Below are positions 23,100-34,209 of a stretch of 64,000 nucleotides of DNA, in pieces (the first letter of the stretch is position 1; the number at the start of each line of letters is the position of its first letter). The notes under the pieces are model-generated. The model was given only the letters and a program-made list of their open reading frames with translations, did no database searches and was not told where the DNA came from. Made by a program: the position numbers and the translations under genes. The DNA lies in assembly GCA_047638715.1 (NCBI GenBank), contig JBLIMK010000006.1:2617-66616 (forward strand). The letters are read 5' to 3'. This DNA comes from Verrucomicrobiales bacterium. Lineage in GTDB: Bacteria > Actinomycetota > Acidimicrobiia > Acidimicrobiales > SHLQ01.

Positions 23100-24503
23100 T
23101 TAACCGACGGAGCCTTCCATCTGTAGCTCGATCAGGCGGCTCCACTCGACGGCGTATTCCATTGGCAGCGTGCGGGTGATTGGCTCGATGAAGCCGTTCA
23201 CGATCATGCCCATGGCTTGCTCCTCGGAGAGGCCTCGGCTCATCAGGTAAAAGAGCTGTTCGTCGGCAACCTTCGAGACGGTGGCCTCGTGGCCAACGAC
23301 CGCGTCTTGGGAACCAATCTCCATGTAGGGGTAGGTGTCACTGATCGAGTCCTCGTCAAGAATGAGGGCGTCGCATTGCACGTGGCTCTTGCAGCCGTAC
23401 GCGTCTTCATCGATATGGACGAGGCCTCGATAACTTGTGCGACCTCCGTCGGAGCTGATCGACTTGCTGACGATCTTCGATGTGGTTTCGGGTGCAGCGT
23501 GCACCATCTTGGCGCCTGCGTCCTGATGCTGGCCGTTGCCTGCGTAGGCGACAGAAAGGACCTCACCTGATGCCTTTGGCCCGACCATGACAACGGATGG
23601 GTACTTCATGGTGAGGCGGCTGCCGATATTGCCATCGATCCATTCCATGTGACCTTCGGCGTAGACCTTTGCCCGCTTGGTCACCAGGTTGAAGACGTTG
23701 TTCGACCAGTTCTGGATCGTGGTGTAGGTGACGCGTGCACTGTCCTTGACGATGATCTCGACCACAGCCGAGTGCAAGGAGTCGCTCGTGTACACCGGTG
23801 CCGAGCAGCCCTCGATGTAATGCAGTGACGAACCTTCGTCGGCAATGATGAGCGTGCGCTCGAACTGGCCCATGTTCTCCGCGTTGATACGGAAGTACGC
23901 CTGCAGCGGTTGGTCGACATGTACGCCGGGCGGAACATAAATAAAGCTGCCGCCGGACCATACGGCCGAGTTGAGTGAGCTGAACTTATTGTCGTTCGGC
24001 GGGATGATCGTGCCGAAGTATTCCTTGACGAGCTCGGGATGCTCGCGGAGTGCAGTATCCATGTCGCAGAAGATCACACCGAGTTCTTCGAGGTCTTCAC
24101 GGTTGCGGTGGTACACAACTTCGGACTCGTATTGGGCGGTGACACCGGCGAGGTACTTGCGCTCGGCCTCGGGGATACCCAACTTCTCGTAGGTGTCTTT
24201 GATCGCCTGCGGGATGTCGTCCCAGTCGTTGGAGACATTCTCGGTCGGTTTGATGTAATAGAAGATCTCGTCGAAGAAGATCTCGGAGGTGTCGCCGCCC
24301 CAATGTGGCATTGGACGGTTCTCGAAACGGCTAAACGACTTCAGGCGGAAGTCGCGCATCCACGCTGGCTCGCCCTTCATCCACGACATCTCGTTGATGA
24401 TGTCGGTGTTGAGGCCACGCTTCGGCTTATAGATGTAGTCCTCTTCGTCGGACCACCCAAGCTCGTACTTACTGAGATCGACACCGATGTCTGCTGTGCT
24501 CAT
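23100..24503 (-). CDS. sufB: Fe-S cluster assembly protein SufB
   Basis: Highly conserved SufB sequence ([55 protein letters not shown]). Start set at MSTADIG (ATG 24503). Confidence 0.95.
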   Translation of the reverse strand: MSTADIGVDLSKYELGWSDEEDYIYKPKRGLNTDIINEMSWMKGEPAWMRDFRLKSFSRFENRPMPHWGGDTSEIFFDEIFYYIKPTENVSNDWDDIPQAIKDTYEKLGIPEAERKYLAGVTAQYESEVVYHRNREDLEELGVIFCDMDTALREHPELVKEYFGTIIPPNDNKFSSLNSAVWSGGSFIYVPPGVHVDQPLQAYFRINAENMGQFERTLIIADEGSSLHYIEGCSAPVYTSDSLHSAVVEIIVKDSARVTYTTIQNWSNNVFNLVTKRAKVYAEGHMEWIDGNIGSRLTMKYPSVVMVGPKASGEVLSVAYAGNGQHQDAGAKMVHAAPETTSKIVSKSISSDGGRTSYRGLVHIDEDAYGCKSHVQCDALILDEDSISDTYPYMEIGSQDAVVGHEATVSKVADEQLFYLMSRGLSEEQAMGMIVNGFIEPITRTLPMEYAVEWSRLIELQMEGSVG

Positions 24504-24613
24504 CACGGAGCCTTTCGAGAATTGGATCCTTGTCTCAGAGGCTACCGCCCCTGGTTGTACCCGGGGTGGTCGAGGCTTCGCCACAACACTATTTGTCTAC
24601 TGCTCTTGGTGAG

Positions 24614-25955
24614 ATGTACGGCGGTACACCTCACATTCAGGAGTCGGCGACGCGGCGGATTTCTTGCGTTGCAAAACGCCTCGCCCTATTCGTTGCAGCC
24701 GCCCTTGTCGCGGTCGACCCAACCAATGACACCAGTGCGGTCACACCTACTCCGGTCTGGGCGATCGTCGAAGGCAACGGCCGCTACTACATAGGCGGCA
24801 CATTTCAGACCGTCGGTGGACAACCTCAAGTGGACATGGCGATTGGATCTTCATCGAGCCCAAGTTTCACGATCGACGGGTATGTGGAGGATGCAACAAA
24901 TATGAACGCGGTGCGACGAGAAAAGTTCTTCGCGGTAGACGCTGCCTCGGGAGCTCTGCTTCCCTGGGACCCAGACGGCGACTCGGTCAACGGGGTTTGG
25001 GAGCTCGAGACGGGCCGAGTGGCCTACCGCCGGCGGCGATTTCCACAACATCGCGAACCCCACAGGCGCGGCGGGTGGGGATCGGTCGATCTTCATTCCG
25101 CACGTGGCGATCTTCCCCGGAATAGGGTTCTAGAACGCGGCGCCCGAGTCCCTCTTCTCTGTCGACTGTGCGAGTACATCGTGCAACGTCGATGCGGCCG
25201 CATCGTTCGACGACGAGACGGTGCGAAACCTCAGAACATTCGTGTGGTACAAGGTCTTCTGCTCGGCAGATCCGGGAACAAATGCACTCTTCACACCTTC
25301 AGCAGGCGTGAACGCAGATCTCACCATCTCAACCTTCCATGGTGTGGATTCGGTGGCGCCGATCGACAACTTTGCTGTGGCGTTAGAGACGGTGCAACGT
25401 TTTGGGCATCCAGCTCCGGGCATGGCGATCGGTAGCAACGTGACGATCGTCCATCATTGGACCGACCGATCGTCTGCGACGACGGAGTACTTCGCCCCTC
25501 GAGATCAAATCACTCTTGCGACCTCGATCGGCGCTGGACCGGCACACATAAGCTCGGTAACAACGGTGCGGTCAGCTCCTGAATCGGGCTCGACGACAAA
25601 ATCCGTCGCAATTGCAGAACATGTCGGGCGCGCCGGGACCGGCTGGACAATCGCTTTGAAGCGATCGGCGCCGATGTGCGATGGCCTCGCTGCCACGGTC
25701 GATATCGCCGCTGGACAGGTTCCGACGGCGGGCGACGACGTCATCGACGGGGGCGACGACGCCGACACGATCAGCAGTGGCACAGGGGACGACCATCTGT
25801 TCGGCGGACCGGGTGATGACTTCGTTACTGGATCCACCGGGAACGACACGATCAATTCCACGAATGGTGTGGCCGACATCGTCAACGGTGGCCAGGGCAT
25901 CGATGCCTGCATCGTCGACCTAGGGATCGATACCGCGGTATTTAACTGCGCCTAA
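24614..25955 (+). pseudogene. Disrupted secreted propeller/RTX protein (sixth member of the Cys-capped RTX family)
   Basis: Signal-like N-terminus (RRISCVAKRLALFVAAALVAV). Reading shifts frame near 25028-25036 (…GRVAY | GGDFHNIANP…), then hits an in-frame TAG at 25131-25133. The same frame continues to an RTX tail ending GGQGIDACIVDLGIDTAVFNCA. Confidence 0.6.
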
Positions 25956-25993
25956 CAGAGCCACTGGGACCGTGTGCTCCAGAAGTGGCAAAG

Positions 25994-26851
25994 CTACGCG
26001 AGCGTCTCGGCGATACCTCGTGCGAGCGCCTCGGTAACGTCGATGTCTCCATCGACCGTGCTGCTCCCGGGAACGAGGTTTGCGACGGTGACCAGCAGTC
26101 CCCCTGCGATGATCTGCGCAGTCGACTCGTCGGTTACAAAACCCTTGACGCTGCCATTCTCGAACTGGCGAGCGCTCGGGTCATCGTCGAAACGACCGCT
26201 GATCGTATCGATATAGGTCGGGTCGGCGACATCCCAGCTCACGCCAACGAACCATACGTGGAGATCGCTGAACCACTCGCACGAGTTTGGGCTTCTGGAG
26301 ACCTCATTGAACTCGACCGACGTATCTGAGCCAAGCCCCGAAGGTAGCTGCGCGAACACTCCTGCATCCGCGGACCAACCGCTGATCAATCCACCGAGTT
26401 CGTTCGCTGAGTACAACTCACATGGACTGTCGAGATTGATCGCGGCAAGCTCCTCGTCGAAGTCTGGGGTGCCCGACCCAGGTTCGGGCTGATCACCCTC
26501 GGCGTCAGGGTCGACGTTGGCAGCCTCGACCAGCTGATCTGTAGCGGGTGGTGACCGCGTAACCGCCACAGTTGTTGATGTTGTCCCGATGGTGGTCGTG
26601 GTCGTGGTGTCGCCCTCTTGAACGTTGGACGGTTCGGTCAGCACATCGTCGGACTCGTTCGTCTGGGAGTCGCTCGGGTCAGCGCTCGAATTAGTTTGCC
26701 CGGCGTCATCGACTACCGACCTGGAGTTCGAACCGTCAGCCGCGACCTGTGCGTCGTCGGGTCCATTGTCGCTGCTGCAAGCCGAGGCGAGCAAAGCCCC
26801 TGCGAGCAAGATGGAGGGGGCCAGGTGGCGCCGCCGCTGTCGTTCGGTCAT
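25994..26851 (-). CDS. Hypothetical lipoprotein with T/D/S-rich linker
   Basis: MTERQRRRHLAPSILLAGALLASAC (lipobox), a low-complexity acidic/Thr linker, then a Cys-containing globular domain. Start set at ATG 26851 so that it does not overlap the next gene. Confidence 0.65.
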   Translation of the reverse strand: MTERQRRRHLAPSILLAGALLASACSSDNGPDDAQVAADGSNSRSVVDDAGQTNSSADPSDSQTNESDDVLTEPSNVQEGDTTTTTTIGTTSTTVAVTRSPPATDQLVEAANVDPDAEGDQPEPGSGTPDFDEELAAINLDSPCELYSANELGGLISGWSADAGVFAQLPSGLGSDTSVEFNEVSRSPNSCEWFSDLHVWFVGVSWDVADPTYIDTISGRFDDDPSARQFENGSVKGFVTDESTAQIIAGGLLVTVANLVPGSSTVDGDIDVTEALARGIAETLA

Positions 26852-26931
26852 CAGAATTCTCCGCGCTCGGTGTACACCAATTCTAGACGCTGCGTGCCGG
26901 CCGTTTCTATCGGTCGATCGGACCACATCGC

Positions 26932-27633
26932 CTAACGTGACGCGAGAAAGATGAAGTTGTTCACGTACTTTGCGGGCGAGGTCAACTTGGATGGATCTTG
27001 CATCTCCGAGCGGAACTCCGACAGGGGGTGCAGGCGACCGTCGAGCATGAAGTAGGCCGAGTACCCGATGTCGCATATTTCGCGAATCTTGCCGTCGATC
27101 TCGCCATCGTGATGGCGAAGTTCTATCTCGACAAGCAACGCAGGCCGGTCTCGTTCGAGCGTGGCTCTAGCTCCTCGCAGCACATCGAGTTCGTGGCCTT
27201 CAACGTCGATCTTGATGTAGCCAATGGGACCGACGTCGAGGTCATCGATACGCTCCAGATCGACCAAGACCGTCCGCTGATTATCAAAGTTATTCGACAG
27301 CGACGCCGCAGCTGCTCGTTCCCCGTCAGGTCCAATCGGTATTGCCAGCTCAGCCTGGCCAACAGCATCGGAGGCAGCGGCCGCTTTCACGACGACGTCG
27401 CCCCCGGGAAATGCACGATTTAATCGAGATGCGAGCGCCGCGTTTGGCTCGAAGGCAACCACACCCTTGGCGTATCGACGCATCCACCACGTGAACTGGC
27501 CGATGTTCGCACCAACGTCGATCGACATGCGCTCAGGATCCGAGAGCAGTTTGGTGAGCCGGATTTCCGGTGTCCCGTCGATCCAATATTTAATGGCGCG
27601 CAACGGCGTGTCCAACGTGGCCGGAAGCTTCAT
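26932..27633 (-). CDS. FkbM-family methyltransferase
   Basis: DVGANIGQFTWWM SAM-binding motif and IKIDVEGHELDVLRGA, characteristic of FkbM-type methyltransferases. Confidence 0.8.
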   Translation of the reverse strand: MKLPATLDTPLRAIKYWIDGTPEIRLTKLLSDPERMSIDVGANIGQFTWWMRRYAKGVVAFEPNAALASRLNRAFPGGDVVVKAAAASDAVGQAELAIPIGPDGERAAAASLSNNFDNQRTVLVDLERIDDLDVGPIGYIKIDVEGHELDVLRGARATLERDRPALLVEIELRHHDGEIDGKIREICDIGYSAYFMLDGRLHPLSEFRSEMQDPSKLTSPAKYVNNFIFLASR

Positions 27634-29120
27634 CGAACCGCTCTTTCGACCGACTGGCCAGCATCATCGGGTTGGCCTGAAACAGCGGCGAACGCCGGCC
27701 GCGTTCGAAGTCCGAGAAGCGCAAACAGCGCGCCCGTAATGACACCGGAGTTCGAGTTGATGATGACCGGGTCGACGAGGCTCATCACACCGAACGCGAG
27801 GAGAATCGGCACCGCTGCTTCCGCGACCGGATCATCGATTGGGCCGGGTCGTCGAGCGCGCCGGAGTGCGACGATAAACGGCACTACCGTTACCAGAGCG
27901 ACTGCCAGCAGCCCTAGGCCCCCGCCTTTCGTGCCATACCAGAGATACACGTTGTGCACCCATCGGCGGAAGAAGGTTGGGTCGCCAAAGGCTTCGATCT
28001 CTAATTCGGGTCGGTACGGGCGACCGAGTCCGGTTCCGAGCGGCTGGGAAACTATAACGTCGATTGCATAGGTATTCTCGCGTTGCCGCCACGACGACCC
28101 AGCGTCCTGCTGGAGTGACTCTGAGGTGAACCCATTAAGTACGCGCTCGGAAAATCCGTCAATCTGTTTTCCTACGACCGAGCTCGAGCCGATTCCTTGG
28201 CCAGCTATGGAGAGCAACGCCAAACCAACGATCGCGGCAAGGATGAACGGAAGCGCTACGGCGACCATATGGGCCGACTGCTTGAAACCTCCGCGTACGA
28301 GCATCCAAGCAATCAATCCGACCGCGAGCCCGACCAACAGCTGACGCGAGAGTGAAAGAACCATAATCGACACGCTCGAGGCTGCGACGAGCCAAAGCAG
28401 AATTCGAGAGGGCTGCAGGTATTTGTTCTTCGTCAGCCACCAGAAGACGACGAGCAACGAGGCAACGGCAAGATCCTCCGAGCTCACAATAAACCTGGTC
28501 GCATCGATCGCTGCCCCAGCGCGGCCGACACCGCCGAAGCCGACAGCATCGCTGACTCGTCCTCCCAGAATCTCAAGGCCCGTTGTTGCCTGAAAGCCGA
28601 TCAGAGCTACCGATACGCCAAGGGTGATCGGTACAAGGTTGAGCACCGAGCGCAGCCCCCCTTGTTGGTAGAGCGCCAAGGCGCACACCACGCCACCAAA
28701 GAACGACAGCGGACCTCGCACGTCCTGGAGCACGGCGGTAAGCGCTCCACCATTCGCCAACCCCCAGATGGCCATCCAGCCCACAATTCCCACATACCCG
28801 GCTAGCAGGCGACGAAAACCTCGAGTGAACGCCGACCAATCAACGACCGGAAGCACGGCAAATATCAAAAGGTGTGGAATGTACACAGACGTGCCCACCA
28901 GTGGGACCACGGGACGAGCTACCGAGAGCTCCGGGATCAACACGAGCAAAAAGAACGCTGATGAAACAACGATCCGTAGGTCGGTACGGCGATGAAGGAG
29001 CACAGCAAATGCGACACAGAGAATCGTGGCTCCGAGCGCGATCTTCGGCTCGAATACGAGGAGCGCGCCAATCGCGATGGCTACGAGCGTCAACGGGATC
29101 ATCGTTCGAATCCTGCTCAC
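27630..29120 (-). CDS. Wzy/O-antigen-ligase-like polytopic membrane protein (putative polymerase)
   Basis: At least 10 hydrophobic segments, a large loop, and HNVYLWYGTKGGGLG resembling the HxxxL...G..G motif of the Wzy_C family. 4-nt overlaps on both sides. Confidence 0.7.
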   Translation of the reverse strand: MSRIRTMIPLTLVAIAIGALLVFEPKIALGATILCVAFAVLLHRRTDLRIVVSSAFFLLVLIPELSVARPVVPLVGTSVYIPHLLIFAVLPVVDWSAFTRGFRRLLAGYVGIVGWMAIWGLANGGALTAVLQDVRGPLSFFGGVVCALALYQQGGLRSVLNLVPITLGVSVALIGFQATTGLEILGGRVSDAVGFGGVGRAGAAIDATRFIVSSEDLAVASLLVVFWWLTKNKYLQPSRILLWLVAASSVSIMVLSLSRQLLVGLAVGLIAWMLVRGGFKQSAHMVAVALPFILAAIVGLALLSIAGQGIGSSSVVGKQIDGFSERVLNGFTSESLQQDAGSSWRQRENTYAIDVIVSQPLGTGLGRPYRPELEIEAFGDPTFFRRWVHNVYLWYGTKGGGLGLLAVALVTVVPFIVALRRARRPGPIDDPVAEAAVPILLAFGVMSLVDPVIINSNSGVITGALFALLGLRTRPAFAAVSGQPDDAGQSVERAVR

Positions 29121-30415
29121 CGGGCAAACACCAACGCTCGGGCGTTCTTCGCATCAGCGCGACGTGGAATGAGTAGGTGGAGCCGCGCCTCGGGACGCGA
29201 GCCGCGATATTTAGACACGACAAGTGCTGCGCTCGTTGTATAGGCGAGCAAAGTCGCAACGCTGGCTCCGATCGCCCCGAACTGCCACCCGAGCAGCAGG
29301 ACCGCAGCTACCGCTACGGCCAATGTCACGATCTGCAGAGACGATTCGGTTCGCGCAAAATCCCCGGTCACAAGAAAGACGCCGAGCACGTCTCGAATGT
29401 AATTTGCCAAGCCGGCGAGCAGCAGTATCTCCGCTGGCCAGAGCGCATCGCCGAAGCTCGGCGGAAAGAGAAGCGACAACGCCAAAGGGATGGTCAAGGC
29501 CAGCAAAACAATCGAAGGAACGAGCAGGACAACACCCAGTCGAAAGTAGTGCTCAACATCGGGTCCATCTGGATCGTTAGACGAGCGAATAGCGAGCTGG
29601 CGGATCGTTCGGGTGAAGAGATCCGCGACCTCGGCGAGAGCAACAGCGACGGCGTAAAGGCCGAGTTCTCCGCTGCCGGCCACCGAGCCGAGGAGAAGCT
29701 GATCAAGGCGACGGTTTCCAAGTCGGGCGGCTTGGCCTGGAGCGAGATCCCACGCGAATCGACGGAAACGTCGTTCAACCGATCGCTCGATCGTCACCCC
29801 ACGAGAAAGCGGCACCGAGGCCGCGACCACCGCCGTGAACCCGACGATCGATCCTGCAACCGAAATCCACGCACCGGTCGCAACCGAGTCGATCGCGAAA
29901 GTCACCATGGCAATAGCGCCGACGAGTCGAACCACGTGCGGTGCAAGAATGTGAGCCACTACCGGGCGCGATCGTTGATCCGCCGTGAGAGCGAACCTCA
30001 AACCATCGGAGATCGCCGCCAGAGGGATGACGAGCAGTAGACCTCGGAAGATCGTGATTGCGTCGCTGTCGAGTCGAAACATCAACGGAGCAGCGATCCA
30101 AGCAACCGCGCTAAACGCCACGCTGCTCGGCCCAATCCAACGTGTCACCGCACGGGTGGTGCCACCAACTCCCATGTCGGTCCAGTGAACAGCGGCCAGC
30201 GCCGCCTCTTGCCCTCCGAGGGTCGACAGGTACCGAAATATGAGGAACGCCGACATCACGGCCGCCAGCGTGCCCCGACCATCTCGACCTAACGCTTCAG
30301 CGAGTAGAGGAGCGGCAGCGAAGGACAGCACGGGCCCCGCCACCGTTGCCATCAGCAACGAGCGCTCGAACTTCTGCGCCCTCACAGCGGGCCGCGTCGG
30401 TGACAAGGAACTCAC
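29117..30415 (-). CDS. Polysaccharide flippase (Wzx, MOP superfamily)
   Basis: About 12 TM segments across 432 aa, with operon position between the acetyltransferase and polymerase genes. Confidence 0.75.
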   Translation of the reverse strand: MSSLSPTRPAVRAQKFERSLLMATVAGPVLSFAAAPLLAEALGRDGRGTLAAVMSAFLIFRYLSTLGGQEAALAAVHWTDMGVGGTTRAVTRWIGPSSVAFSAVAWIAAPLMFRLDSDAITIFRGLLLVIPLAAISDGLRFALTADQRSRPVVAHILAPHVVRLVGAIAMVTFAIDSVATGAWISVAGSIVGFTAVVAASVPLSRGVTIERSVERRFRRFAWDLAPGQAARLGNRRLDQLLLGSVAGSGELGLYAVAVALAEVADLFTRTIRQLAIRSSNDPDGPDVEHYFRLGVVLLVPSIVLLALTIPLALSLLFPPSFGDALWPAEILLLAGLANYIRDVLGVFLVTGDFARTESSLQIVTLAVAVAAVLLLGWQFGAIGASVATLLAYTTSAALVVSKYRGSRPEARLHLLIPRRADAKNARALVFAR

Positions 30416-30987
30416 GTCTCGAGCGAGGCGCGCTCGCGGAAATGGACCCAGTTGTCAGCCGGGTCGAGCTCCTTCACGACTTTCGCAGGTACGCCCGCGA
30501 CGATCGAGTTGCTCGGCACGTCGGCGACAACAACCGCTCCCGCCGCCACGATCACGTTGTCGCCAATCGTCAATCTTCGGAGTCCACGCGCGTTGCTGAT
30601 GATCTTCGCTCCAGCGTTGATCTCGACATAGTCACCGATCGTCACGTTCGGACCGCCGATTCCAACTTGCTGCATCATCGAACAGTGCGACCCGATTCGG
30701 GTACTCGGGTTCACGACGAGACCTCGTGGATGTCCAGCGAAGACACCGGGGCCGACCTCGACCTTCGGTCCAATCCACACGCCGTGAAGAAAATCGTTGA
30801 GGGCGGTTATGCCATACGCGATCGGACGCGTCATGCGATGGCGGAAACAAGCCTGTGACAATCGGAAGAGCACGATCACTTTGAAGTCGGCGTGGTAGAA
30901 GTACTTCGCAATCCCGCGCTCGGAGTGCACGAGCTGGAACATTTCCAGATCGGCGCGGACGTCGTTTGTAAAGCGACTCATCACCAC
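30412..30987 (-). CDS. Serine-acetyltransferase-like hexapeptide-repeat O-acetyltransferase
   Basis: CysE-like N-terminal helical region (ADFKVIVLFRLSQACF) plus left-handed beta-helix repeats (IGPKVEVGPGVFAGHPRGLVVNPSTRIGSHC...IGDYVEINAGAKI). Confidence 0.8.
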   Translation of the reverse strand: MVMSRFTNDVRADLEMFQLVHSERGIAKYFYHADFKVIVLFRLSQACFRHRMTRPIAYGITALNDFLHGVWIGPKVEVGPGVFAGHPRGLVVNPSTRIGSHCSMMQQVGIGGPNVTIGDYVEINAGAKIISNARGLRRLTIGDNVIVAAGAVVVADVPSNSIVAGVPAKVVKELDPADNWVHFRERASLET

Positions 30988-31931
30988 TCCCCATAGAACT
31001 GGTGAAGGTCTGGGCCGATCAGCGCCATGAGCCTGGCCTCGTCGTCGGCGTCGATGGAGGTGCGCCAGTGTTCTGCGACCGCGTGGGAATCTCGCACGAA
31101 CGAGTGAACCTTTAGACGCTCTGGCGCGATCACAGAACCCGATGATGTGTACTCGATATAGTCAGCCATTTCTTGGGTCATACTCAACCCAAAATGCGAA
31201 GAGACCTCATCGATCGTTGCATGGATGTCCGCGGCAAGATCTTCGAAGCGAACCACCATCACAGAGTCAGTCGATGTTCGAGCCACCATCTGCGACATCA
31301 TTCGCCAAAGAACGGCACAGTAGGCAAGTTTGTCCGTCTCGGCAGTGCGCCACGTTTCGTCCTCGATGTCGATTCCGAAATCTCGACGCATAGCCGAGGC
31401 ATTGATGAATCGACCAATCCCGAAGTCCCACGGTTGCATAACGAAGCTCTGGTAATAGGCCGCTGGGTGACGCACGATGCAGATGGATCGAACACCATGG
31501 CGCCGAGCGAGATGTTCGAGCGCGAACGTGGCAAAGGGATCCTTGAAACATTGGACAGGAGCGCGGGGTCGCCCGACGCGCTCGAAGAGCGCGTCGCTTC
31601 GCCAGTCGCGGCTTGTGCGACTACCCACGAGCACCTTTCCGGTTTTCTGTGCCCATGTACGGTTTTGGCCGCGAGACATGGCGAATCGGCGCCAGCCACC
31701 TCGTAGCTCCACCATCTGCGATAGGACCTTCGCCGACTCGATGCTCGCGGGATCGCCGCCCGAAACGTAGGGGAACTGCCCCGATACGGCTCGAAGACCA
31801 AATTCTTCGTTCAGAGGCTCGAGGACCATTCGTACGTCAGGGTGGTGCGCGAGGATATTTCCGACGTAGGTGGTTCCGCTGCGTGGAAGACCCGCGACAA
31901 CGATCCGATCGGTTCGTAGCGCCGAGTCCAT
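30981..31931 (-). CDS. Sulfotransferase family protein (1)
   Basis: 5'-PSB loop VVAGLPRSGTTYVGN and 3'-PB-like CIVRHPAAYYQS. Start set at MDSALRT (31931), which leaves 8 nt to the upstream stop. Confidence 0.75.
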   Translation of the reverse strand: MDSALRTDRIVVAGLPRSGTTYVGNILAHHPDVRMVLEPLNEEFGLRAVSGQFPYVSGGDPASIESAKVLSQMVELRGGWRRFAMSRGQNRTWAQKTGKVLVGSRTSRDWRSDALFERVGRPRAPVQCFKDPFATFALEHLARRHGVRSICIVRHPAAYYQSFVMQPWDFGIGRFINASAMRRDFGIDIEDETWRTAETDKLAYCAVLWRMMSQMVARTSTDSVMVVRFEDLAADIHATIDEVSSHFGLSMTQEMADYIEYTSSGSVIAPERLKVHSFVRDSHAVAEHWRTSIDADDEARLMALIGPDLHQFYGEW

Positions 31932-31939
31932 CTCCGTTC

Positions 31940-32941
31940 TCACTTGTGGGCCACCTGATAACCGAGATCCGCGAGCAGTCCAGAAAATTCGCCGCGCTGG
32001 ACCGACGAGTCGGTTTCGGTTTTCGGTGAGCCGACGATCTTGCACCCGTATTCGACAATCGGGTCAGGGTCGAGCTCGCAAACCTCACACAACGTTTCCA
32101 ACGTTTCGCGCGGCGTGGACAGAAGTTCCTCGAATCGAATAATCAGATCGATCTGTTCTTGTGAGCGAAGAAGATGGGTAGCGCCGAGCACCCATTCCGC
32201 ACGTGCGCGAGCTGCCGGTTCACCGGTACCGGGCCCGACGTCATCGGCAAGGCTCAAGATGTCCGAATCGGAAATCAGTTGCTCAGCCATCTGCACCCAC
32301 TTTCGATCATCGACACCCCACCAGTTGCCTCGACCGTCGGCCATTGCCTCCGAGTAGTTAACAATTGACGAAACCACCGCTACTGGATCGCGAACTATCG
32401 CAATGATCTTCGCATCCGGATAGAGGGCGCGGAGGAAGGGAACGCGGTAGGTCATTTCCGGGTACTTATCGACGATCCGACTCGAACGGGTGAGGGTCGC
32501 GAACCAGTTGTACATCGTGCTAACACGATCACGTACAGCATCTGTCACGTCGGTGGCGTCGAGGACAAATCGGCCTTCGTCGGCATAGAAACCCGAGATG
32601 TCCTCATCGGGAACTCCAACGTGCCACAACGCTTTCGGTTCTTTGAGATATCCAACGCCCTTGCCAGACGCGATGATCCGACCCAGCAGAGTGGTGCCGC
32701 TTCGCCCTATGCCGACGATGAAGATCGGGCGATCCACGTCCTGGCGCGGCCATCGCGACGCAACGAGTCGAAGATGCGATCGGGTCACGGCGTCGAGTTT
32801 GGCGCCCCTCGTCATCGGTGGACGACCCTCGAAGAGTGCTTGGGCGATAAGGCGCGACGGGACCCTCAGGGGAGCGGCTCGAAGGAACTCCCGGTCGATC
32901 TCGGCCAGGAGCATTTCGTTTCGCTTTCCAGAACGTTTCAC
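31940..32941 (-). CDS. Sulfotransferase family protein (2)
   Basis: 5'-PSB loop FIVGIGRSGTTLLGR and 3'-PB motif IAIVRDPVAVVSS. Confidence 0.8.
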   Translation of the reverse strand: MKRSGKRNEMLLAEIDREFLRAAPLRVPSRLIAQALFEGRPPMTRGAKLDAVTRSHLRLVASRWPRQDVDRPIFIVGIGRSGTTLLGRIIASGKGVGYLKEPKALWHVGVPDEDISGFYADEGRFVLDATDVTDAVRDRVSTMYNWFATLTRSSRIVDKYPEMTYRVPFLRALYPDAKIIAIVRDPVAVVSSIVNYSEAMADGRGNWWGVDDRKWVQMAEQLISDSDILSLADDVGPGTGEPAARARAEWVLGATHLLRSQEQIDLIIRFEELLSTPRETLETLCEVCELDPDPIVEYGCKIVGSPKTETDSSVQRGEFSGLLADLGYQVAHK

Positions 32942-34119
32942 CGGCCGTTCGCAGTGTCGATCAGTAGTTGTTCATATTGATCGACGATCGCCTTCAAAGA
33001 GAAGTTGTCGTGCACCCGTTGGATTCCACCAGATCGACGATCTTCGCTGTCCTCCTCGAGTAGGGACAGGCTCTGTTGGACCGCCTTCGAAGGGTCGCTG
33101 AAATAGTGTCCGATATCGCCAGCGGCCTCGCGGTTGAATGGCGTGTCGTACGCCGAGATGACCGCTCCAACGCCCATTGCCTCAATGATGCTCGGGTTGA
33201 TTCCACCCACAGAATGACCGTGGAGATACATCGCTGCGTCGCGAAGGAGTACGCCAAACCCGCGGCGATCGTCAACATGTCCGAGTAGACGCACCCGCGA
33301 GTCCTGTTTGGCCAGCGCTGGCAGTTCACGTTGCACGGGCGAGTCGTAGTTGGCTGCACCGAGCACCACGATCGGCATGTCGAGGTCGGAGGCGATGTGT
33401 GATCGCGTCATCTCGGCGATGTGATTCTCGGGGATCAGGCGTCCGCCCGTAATGATGTACTTGCGATTCTCGAGTCCGAGCGCCTTGAGGTAGGCATCAT
33501 CTTGAGGTATGCGATGGTCCTCGTCGATGAGTTCGGTCCAGCAATAGGGAATCACGACGGAGTCTGCGGAGAACTCGCTTTGATAAATGTCGGCCATTGC
33601 ATTGCAATCCGTTACCAACGTGGTCGCCGCGTGTTTAGAAAACTTGGCGCACTGGTAGAAGATCCGTTTGGCGGTCGAGCCCCACTTGCCCCGAATCCAT
33701 TCTTGACCGTCGACGTTGAGAACCGTTGGTGTGCCTGTCTTCGTGACGACGGAGAGTGCAGGTGAATTTGCGACATTGAAGCTGAGGACGGCGTCGTGTC
33801 GCTTGAACCGCGCGACGATTGCGGCACCGACGCTGTGGGAGAGCGTGTCGAGCTGTTTTGTCGGAATCGAAGGAAGTCCGATTCTCTTAACGCCTTTGAA
33901 CGGTTCGGCACGGCCCAACGAACCTCGCGTATACAGCGTGACTCGATGCCCTCGTTCCACGAGTTCGGGCAACATGACCGTGCAGAAGGTCTCGTATCCG
34001 CTGTAGGTGGACGGGATCGTTCGAATACCGAAGACGCCAATATCTAGTCCTTCTGCCAACGACTCCACCACACCCCTCCGTTCAAGCCGACCGCAACAGT
34101 GCGTGAGCGGATAAGTCAA
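32938..34119 (-). CDS. Glycosyltransferase family 4 (DUF1972-type N-terminus)
   Basis: IGVFGIRTIPSTYSGYETF N-terminal motif and GT1/GT4 C-terminal region HGHSVGGINPSIIEAMGVGAVISAYDTPFNRE. Confidence 0.85.
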   Translation of the reverse strand: MTYPLTHCCGRLERRGVVESLAEGLDIGVFGIRTIPSTYSGYETFCTVMLPELVERGHRVTLYTRGSLGRAEPFKGVKRIGLPSIPTKQLDTLSHSVGAAIVARFKRHDAVLSFNVANSPALSVVTKTGTPTVLNVDGQEWIRGKWGSTAKRIFYQCAKFSKHAATTLVTDCNAMADIYQSEFSADSVVIPYCWTELIDEDHRIPQDDAYLKALGLENRKYIITGGRLIPENHIAEMTRSHIASDLDMPIVVLGAANYDSPVQRELPALAKQDSRVRLLGHVDDRRGFGVLLRDAAMYLHGHSVGGINPSIIEAMGVGAVISAYDTPFNREAAGDIGHYFSDPSKAVQQSLSLLEEDSEDRRSGGIQRVHDNFSLKAIVDQYEQLLIDTANGR

Positions 34120-34209
34120 TTGTACGACTTCGACTCGGCACTTCGAAATAGGTAGCGATGCCTAGAGATCGTTCCGCTGTTGGCCGAGAAGTTGAACCCT
34201 CCGCCCATA

